Positions 6,967-12,462 of a stretch of DNA of 12,462 nucleotides are shown piece after piece. The position numbers were made by a program, and so were the translations under genes. The DNA lies in the NCBI GenBank assembly GCA_035297365.1, contig DATGZA010000004.1, positions 1 through 12,462 of the forward strand, read 5' to 3'. The DNA is from Nitrososphaeraceae archaeon (GTDB taxonomy: Archaea; Thermoproteota; Nitrososphaeria; Nitrososphaerales; Nitrososphaeraceae). How positions within the stretch are numbered: the stretch's first letter is position 1; every line of letters starts with the position of its first letter. The notes below the pieces were generated by a model that saw nothing but the letters and a program-made list of their open reading frames with translations, ran no database searches and had not been told where the DNA came from.

Positions 6967-7800
6967 ATGGAAGTACAGGAATTAAGCATAGATTCGTATT
7001 CAAATAGATCAGGTTACAATCCAGACTTTTTGGGCCATAAATTCCCTCTACCTAATATTTCTGATAAATTAAAGGATGACAGGACACCATTAAAAGATAA
7101 TAGTGGATATGAGTTAAAGTATACTAATTTTTCAGTTGTTATGAGTAAATCAAGAAATCTTGCTATTGTTACCGGTGTTAATATAGATGGAACACAATTA
7201 CAAGATCTTCCTCGAAAAAATGATTTCTGGTACTATGATCCAAGAATTGAGAAAAAGTATCAATATGGACCGGAACTTTATGTAAACAATGATTTAGATA
7301 AAGGACATTTAGTTAGAAGATTGGATCCTGTATGGGGTTCTTCAGCGTTAGTAGCAAACGAGGATACATTTCATTTTACAAATTGTTCTCCTCAACATAA
7401 AAACTTAAATCAAAAGACATGGTTGGATCTTGAAGAATATATTTTACAAAATACTAATAAGCATGATCTAAAGGTAAATGTTTTTACTGGCCCTATTTTT
7501 AGAAGTGATGATGTTCTATATAGAGGTAAATTTCAAATTCCAGCAGAATTCTGGAAAGTAGCAGTAATGATAAAGGACAATAATGATATTTCTGCGACAG
7601 GATATTTACAGACACAAAAAAATCTATTAATAGACTTGGAATTTGCATTTGGAAATTACAAGACTTATCAGGTACCTTTGCGAAAAATAGAATCTCTAAC
7701 TAATTTAAATTTTGGGAGCCTCCGTAGTTTTGATCCTATAGCGAATTTAGAAGGAGAAATAGCTAGAGTAATAAGTAATTCTGGTGACATTATACTCTGA
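6967..7800 (+). CDS. DNA/RNA non-specific endonuclease (NucA/EndoG-like His-Me finger)
   Basis: DKGHLVRR (DRGH-type active site), TFHFTNCSPQHKNLNQKTWLDLE, VFTGPIF, IPAEFWKV and YQVPLRKIESLTNLNF. No signal peptide. Confidence 0.95.
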   Translation: MEVQELSIDSYSNRSGYNPDFLGHKFPLPNISDKLKDDRTPLKDNSGYELKYTNFSVVMSKSRNLAIVTGVNIDGTQLQDLPRKNDFWYYDPRIEKKYQYGPELYVNNDLDKGHLVRRLDPVWGSSALVANEDTFHFTNCSPQHKNLNQKTWLDLEEYILQNTNKHDLKVNVFTGPIFRSDDVLYRGKFQIPAEFWKVAVMIKDNNDISATGYLQTQKNLLIDLEFAFGNYKTYQVPLRKIESLTNLNFGSLRSFDPIANLEGEIARVISNSGDIIL

Positions 7801-8322
7801 AATAAACAATTATAACATTTGACGTAATTGTTATCATAATTGCTGCTTTTTTTACATCAATATAAATAATTTTAAATAAATCAATATCGGATTCTAATAA
7901 AAGAAAGATATGACGTAGAATGTAACGTGAAATACAAAAGACAGGGAAGCTAAGTTTACATATTCTCATAGATAAAGATCCATAGTTTGCAATAATGTAT
8001 TTTATTTTGATGTTTTCCGTCACTAAAACTTGCACTTCTCTACCTAAAGATAATATTTTTCTAAATTAAATGAAAAGAGGCAAAAATGAAGTATACGATC
8101 AATTATTCAACGGATACTAGCAATTCCTCAAAATAACAATTTTATTTACTTGTTCAGCGATAAGAGGATAACAAACATAAATAGACTATTATTTAGAATA
8201 TAATACTATATGTTCAGATCTAAAATAATCTGATCATTATTTGGTATCTAAAAATCGGTATATTGAGGAATCTTGAAAAGCACAGAAAAAATTCAAATAA
8301 TAGACTTTACTTAAATATTTGA

Positions 8323-9276
8323 ATGAAAAATATCCAGGGATTAAAAATAAATGATAGAGGCGACAATGTAATGCTTCTTAATGAGTATTTGGATAGATAT
8401 ATTGCTAGGGATTCACCAAAAGAATATTTACTAATAAAAGATAAATCATACAAATCCATATTTGATAAAAATACTGAAATAAAACTTAAGATTTTTCAAA
8501 AAAATCACAATTTGTCAGTTACCGGAGTAGTAGACAATAATACTTCAACACTTATAAATTCTCCACAGTGTTTTACAGACTTTTATATTCCTTTTGAAAA
8601 AACTCAATTAGATAATTCTAATATTAATAAAAGATTAGATTATAATAAAAGATTAGATTATTCGCTTTCTCCAATTAACATATTAGATGAAGATGATAGT
8701 TTGGAATTTAAATTAGATGAGCAGGAAAATAAAATATACGGATACTTTCCAAAAACAGAGCTTACTTTTGCTTTTAAGAATAATCCTTCTGATGTATCTT
8801 TGGAATCATTACAATCAATAATGGTAAACATAACTCAAGATATAAGTAAATATGTTCCTGGGTTTAAATTTAAAAATGTTGACTCGAATGCAGATATATT
8901 AATATCATTCGGAGACCGTTTTGGATACTGGATAGGTGATCAATACCATGAACATGAATTTCAGCGTGGTCTGAGTATACAAAACGGTATAACTATTCCA
9001 CCCTTAAAGGGACAAATTGCCAAAAGTTATGTAACAATAAATACAAGGGATTGTCATTGGACAACTGACAAACAATTAGCAGAAAACTCTACCTATTATG
9101 ATGTTTATGCTGTTCTACTTCATGAATTTTGTCATGCAATAGGGTTAGGACATTCTAAATATGAGCATGCAGTAATGTGGCCAATTCATAGGGATGGGTT
9201 ACGAGGATTGAGAGATGACGATATTTTTGGGTTACAATTTATTTATAAGATAGTAACACATCAACCATTATCTTGA
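8323..9276 (+). CDS. Matrixin-like (peptidase M10A) zinc metalloprotease with an N-terminal PG_binding_1-like prodomain
   Basis: HEFCHAIGLGHS Zn motif, AVMWP Met-turn, LRDDDIFGLQFIY and ADILISF. The N-terminal LKINDRGDNV...FQKNHNLSVTGVVDNNT is followed by a degenerate cysteine switch, PQCFTD. Confidence 0.9.
   Translation: MKNIQGLKINDRGDNVMLLNEYLDRYIARDSPKEYLLIKDKSYKSIFDKNTEIKLKIFQKNHNLSVTGVVDNNTSTLINSPQCFTDFYIPFEKTQLDNSNINKRLDYNKRLDYSLSPINILDEDDSLEFKLDEQENKIYGYFPKTELTFAFKNNPSDVSLESLQSIMVNITQDISKYVPGFKFKNVDSNADILISFGDRFGYWIGDQYHEHEFQRGLSIQNGITIPPLKGQIAKSYVTINTRDCHWTTDKQLAENSTYYDVYAVLLHEFCHAIGLGHSKYEHAVMWPIHRDGLRGLRDDDIFGLQFIYKIVTHQPLS
8626..8661 (+). repeat. In-frame 18-bp tandem duplication encoding NKRLDY twice
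   Basis: AATAAAAGATTAGATTAT occurs twice, perfectly. Confidence 0.93.
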
Positions 9277-10188
9277 TTATGCGGGAAGTCAAGGTTTTAA
9301 ATTATGAAAATATCTTTTGCAGTGAATGCTCTATTTTTAATCTATCTTATTAATTATTTGGAGTAAAATAGAACATCCCAATTTATTGAAATATATATTT
9401 TTTTATGAAAATGTATTTCTTGATCTTAATCTATTGAATACATCTACAACATTGAAATATAACGGTTCAAAATTTACATCGAGTTCTGGTAAGAATTGAA
9501 CTATATGATCATTGTATATATTCAGTAGGGCACAAAAGAATCTCTATATCTATACAAGATGAAACTATGATTTAATTAGGTATCAAGTTTTGGTTATAGT
9601 TCTGTATTCAACCCTGTGACAAATATGTTCCTAATAGAAATAGAATTCAAAGGAGAAACATGTTTGATCATTGTGTTAGAGATACATAATACAATAGATC
9701 ATATGATATTTTATTCTGGAATACATTACTATTTAGAAATATACTAAATTCCAATTCAAATTAAATTCTAATTGAAGCAACAGAAGTATTTGATGGATAG
9801 AATATATTGTGTTGATGAATACTGTGCTTGTAATAATCCCAAAATACTAAATTTTGGTCTATAACATATATAAAATTGGCAAAAATTTTTCGTCTATCTA
9901 TGTAATTCTAATAAGAAACATCATCTCATTTAAAGTCGATAGAACTAGTCTTTCATTTACTCGACCATAGAGTTTATCTTTACGAAGGAAATCATGTATT
10001 TTAACTTGTAATTGATCTGGATAAAAGATAACAAGAAAGTTTTTAACATGTTTTAAAAGACTTATGATTATTTATTAACACAATATGACCATGGTCAAAA
10101 TATTTAATTACATGTCTTAGATGATTTCCGTATCATAATGGTACATTTTTATATAAAATATTTGACATCGTTTTTCGGATAAAATATT

Positions 10189-11100
10189 TTGCATATTGTT
10201 AAATATAAATTTAGAATTTTTTTTTTATTGAATCTTGATCATAGTATATTTTATCATAAACAAAAAAAACATAAATTGTTATGTTTATTGTTAGGTAATA
10301 TCATTTTCTTTATTTTTATCAATTCATTTGATGCTGTTCAAGGTGGTTCTTATCAATCAGAACTAATATTCCAACCTAATTCAGAAAAACAGGAAACTAG
10401 TCATTCTCTTGATAAAAATATAATTTCAATATTGGAGTTGCATGGAAAAGAATTAGGGATTGATGATTCTAATCTAGGAAAAACAGGCGTAGATAAAGTA
10501 AAAAATCTGTTTCCAAAAATGACAGGGAATATTATAAAAAACGGTTCAATATCGAATGTAAACAATAATCTTGCATTATTATTATCTGGTATACCTCCTT
10601 ACCCGATCGGATCTTTTGGAATAGCAGATAGAAAAATAGAATTAGAAAAAAATAATAGCATAAAAGATCAGAAAATACAATTAGAACAAAATAGATTAGG
10701 TTTACTTAGTACTAGTTCGCCAGTTTTAACAGAATTAAAAGCTGGAATATCAACATTTAACCCTCCATTAGCTAAATGCGAAATAGGAGCATCAAACAAT
10801 GCAGGTGGTTTCGATATGGCAAAATATGTTATCACAGGAAAATTTAACAGATATATGCTTAAAGGAGACATGTTTACGTTTCAAATTTTCGCAGACCTTG
10901 TAAAGGATGATGGTGCAGAAATAGAAGGAAAAGATGCACCATATAAAGCGAATATTTTAACAAACAACGATGGAAAGTCTGACATTGATCTGATAGAAAT
11001 TGCAACAGAATGTATTGACATACAACAAATAAAGAATGTTCAAGAAAAAACTGAAATCAACTTAAAGAATAGTCCTCTTCTAAAAAGTTTAGATTATTAA
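10189..11100 (+). CDS. Hypothetical exported or membrane-anchored protein, paralogue of 11557-12402; true start probably the TTG at 10228
   Basis: A basic stretch (KQKKHK) is followed by a hydrophobic segment and AVQG. The C-terminal ~130 aa align with the convergent gene. TATAAAT at 10204-10210 favours the in-frame TTG at 10228. Confidence 0.85.
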   Translation: MHIVKYKFRIFFLLNLDHSIFYHKQKKHKLLCLLLGNIIFFIFINSFDAVQGGSYQSELIFQPNSEKQETSHSLDKNIISILELHGKELGIDDSNLGKTGVDKVKNLFPKMTGNIIKNGSISNVNNNLALLLSGIPPYPIGSFGIADRKIELEKNNSIKDQKIQLEQNRLGLLSTSSPVLTELKAGISTFNPPLAKCEIGASNNAGGFDMAKYVITGKFNRYMLKGDMFTFQIFADLVKDDGAEIEGKDAPYKANILTNNDGKSDIDLIEIATECIDIQQIKNVQEKTEINLKNSPLLKSLDY

Positions 11101-11774
11101 TTTATTTGATGGGTACCTGAAACATGTGTTAATAAAGATAAAAAATTTACCCATTTTTCTGAATGTTTCACCTATCTGCACCAGAGGATTTCGATGAAAC
11201 TGTTTCTCTTATATCCCTTGTGAACAAAATGAAATGTTTTGGAATATGTCAGTAAATCGTATTTGTTTACAGCCAGAAACTCAATTGTTAAAATTATTTT
11301 ATAATCAAAACTATGAATCTAGACTTACTATTTTGTGAATAAATTCCTCTAAAAATTATATTTCATTTTATCGATTTTCACAGTTGTGCATATATGAAGA
11401 TCCTCCACTGGACATATTGCTTTATGCAGACATCACTTCTATTGTGTCATGTCTGAGACTTTATCCTCACCTATTAAGTTAACGAAAGATCTATAGCAGT
11501 GAACGTTCTACTCTAACAATATATGTTGTTAAGATTTGTCAGAAATAGAACCAAGTTTAATAATTCATGCTCTTAAAAAGAGGGCTCTTGTCCAAATCTA
11601 TCTCTGTTTCTTTGTCTATATTCTTTACTTTTTGTATGTCAGTACATATTGTTGCAATTTCGTTTATACCTGCTTTTACCTTCTTGTCTCCATCGTCTGT
11701 CAGGATATTCATTTTATATGGTGCATCTTTTCCTTCTATTTCTGCACCATCATCCTTTACAAGGTCTGCGAAAA
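10886..11774. repeat. 62-bp perfect inverted repeat with arms at 10886-10947 and 11713-11774, inside the two convergent paralogues
   Basis: TTTTCGCAGACCTTGTAAAGGATGATGGTGCAGAAATAGAAGGAAAAGATGCACCATATAAA and its exact reverse complement. It extends to 73 bp with one mismatch. Confidence 0.92.
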
Positions 11775-12402
11775 CTTGAAACGTATTATCCTCTCCTCTT
11801 AATTTATCCTTATCAAAATCTCCTGTGATAACATATTCTGCCAGATCGAAACCACCAGTGGTTGTTGATCCTGTGTTACAAAACGCTAATGGAGAGTTAA
11901 AAGTTGGTGTAGCAGCTTTATCAGCAGGTCTAACTATCTGATCAGTACTAGTACTCAATAATCCTAAAATATCAGGGGCAAAGTTTCCAGACCCTATCAT
12001 ATTTATTCCTTCAGGAGACTGAGATGTCGTAGTAGAAGCAAGTCCTAATGCTCCACTAAGTTCACTATCTAGGTTTGCAGATTCTGAAGAGACTACAGAC
12101 CATCCTTCTACATCTGGGGTTGTTGGTTTAGCTTCTACCACTGTCTCCTGACCTGTAATAGGATCTGTATATACTTTTACCATTCCAGGAACCGCCACTG
12201 TCTGACCTGTGTTAACATCAATAGGTGGATTGATTGTAACTTTAGTAGGATTGAATTGAGTCGTTGCTGTGGTACTATTAAAGGTCTGAGCATTAACTTC
12301 TTCCACTGAACTTGAATATGTAAGAATTATTATGCTCGATAGACCTAACATAAATAAAAATACGAGTTTATCTTCATCTTTACTACAATGACTCAGTTTC
12401 AA
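11557..12402 (-). CDS. Hypothetical exported protein with a Thr/Pro/Ser-rich N-terminal region, paralogue of 10189-11100
   Basis: TTG start, hydrophobic segment LVFLFMLGLSSIIILTY and a signal-cleavage-like VNA|Q. The shared C-terminal domain carries two conserved Cys. Confidence 0.88.
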   Translation of the reverse strand: MKLSHCSKDEDKLVFLFMLGLSSIIILTYSSSVEEVNAQTFNSTTATTQFNPTKVTINPPIDVNTGQTVAVPGMVKVYTDPITGQETVVEAKPTTPDVEGWSVVSSESANLDSELSGALGLASTTTSQSPEGINMIGSGNFAPDILGLLSTSTDQIVRPADKAATPTFNSPLAFCNTGSTTTGGFDLAEYVITGDFDKDKLRGEDNTFQVFADLVKDDGAEIEGKDAPYKMNILTDDGDKKVKAGINEIATICTDIQKVKNIDKETEIDLDKSPLFKSMNY

Positions 12403-12462
12403 TATAAAAATATTTCAGAACAGAAATATTTATCATTAGCAGAATACTTTTATAAAAGAAAA

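Noticed and set aside
7790-8035. 81-aa minus ORF as a possible nuclease inhibitor
   Set aside because: Its Ile-rich composition is typical of random AT-rich DNA and it has no motif. It cannot be supported, though it is not excluded.
8323-8560. Peptidoglycan-targeting antibacterial domain
   Set aside because: The PG_binding_1 fold followed by a Cys switch is the ordinary MMP prodomain, so it is not evidence of peptidoglycan binding.
9277-10188. Small ORFs (about 40 aa) and the 12-bp palindrome TGACCATGGTCA (10086-10097) in a long spacer
   Set aside because: No recognisable protein or RNA; short palindromes are plausible by chance.
11109-11170. Interleaved 7- and 8-bp inverted repeats (pseudoknot-like) after the stop at 11100
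   Set aside because: The stems are short and AT-rich with atypical loop lengths, and there is no covariation evidence.
10668-11802. ORFs 10668-10871 (-), 11536-11802 (+) and 11567-11779 (+)
   Set aside because: They are antisense shadows of the two paralogues.

Overview
This is an AT-rich accessory region. Its origin is probably archaeal, Nitrososphaeraceae-like; this is an inference from the TTG/GTG starts, TATA-like boxes about 20-25 nt before start codons with no clear Shine-Dalgarno, an oligo-T terminator and long spacers. From left to right it holds: an N-formylglutamate amidohydrolase-family gene running off the left edge (missed by the ORF track); a decayed FG-GAP-repeat gene; a His-rich unknown gene broken at an A8 run; an astacin (M12A) metalloprotease fused to three 61-aa cationic Tyr/Cys modules separated by acidic or Pro-rich spacers; a YbaY/YscW-like protein with an EF-hand-like loop; a trypsin-like serine protease and a DNA/RNA non-specific endonuclease in the same frame, separated only by a stop plus 6 nt; a matrixin (M10) metalloprotease; and two convergent exported paralogues sharing a 62-bp perfect inverted repeat. 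The most novel-looking element is the astacin, which resembles a self-processing precursor of disulfide-stapled cationic three-helix modules. It sits in an island of three leaderless protease zymogens plus a nuclease. All family calls come from motif recognition by eye; no searches were run.
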